The notes beneath the pieces are model-generated. The model did not search any database. It was not told the origin of the DNA and saw only the letters and a list, made by a program, of their open reading frames with translations. A stretch of DNA of 61,631 bases, the filler included, from Squatina squatina (Eukaryota): the NCBI GenBank assembly GCA_031763465.1. It is 4 parts of 4 records of this genome, joined end to end, with 100 filler letters (N's around TTAATTAATTAA, not from the genome) between each part and the next. Parts side by side here need not be neighbours in the genome. Positions count along the whole stretch, not along the records: positions 47,718 to 61,631 come from JARFOE010774625.1; 3 more parts are not named here. The stretch is one strand, 5' to 3'. Of this stretch, positions 61,523-61,631 are shown piece by piece. Both the position numbers and the translations under genes were made by a program. Each line of letters opens with the position of its first letter. Within the stretch, counting starts at the first letter, position 1.

Positions 61523-61631
61523 ATGGACCTGAAATTGCAATGTCCCCAGATGGGAACCCGGGGAGACATCGCAAAAGCCGGTTATCGGGCTGTCAATCGA
61601 AGCCCGCATAACCGGCATTTGCGATCTGTCC

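Overview
Vertebrate genomic DNA, inferred to be from a cartilaginous fish (shark-type CR1 LINEs, Deu-domain SINEs, NAR-type V gene). It is a heavily gapped draft, and the window is not one locus. Three artificial 100-bp linkers (N44-TTAATTAATTAA-N44 at 16316-16415, 30216-30315, 47618-47717) join four unrelated scaffolds. (1) 1-16315: exons of ABCF1 and GABBR1 (MHC-region genes in mammals), a complete single-exon SFT2D3 CDS and the last exon of SH3BP5L. (2) 16416-30215: exons of ABHD5, ANO10 and SNRK in human-like order. (3) 30316-47617: non-coding DNA with MITE/foldback and Harbinger relics. (4) 47718-61631: the highlight, an intact germline NAR-TCR-type doubly rearranging antigen-receptor cassette. 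It runs leader - IgNAR-like V (22-RSS) - D (12/12-RSS) - J (23-RSS, splice donor) - intron - leaderless TCR-delta-like supporting V (23-RSS). Each V carries an extra Cys. The supporting V has an unexpected second tandem 23-RSS, and a possible decayed Ig constant-domain exon lies upstream on the opposite strand. The NAR-TCR architecture is known from sharks; the double RSS and the C-like relic are the parts I cannot match to prior knowledge. Gene identities rest on my recall of the protein sequences, not on database searches.
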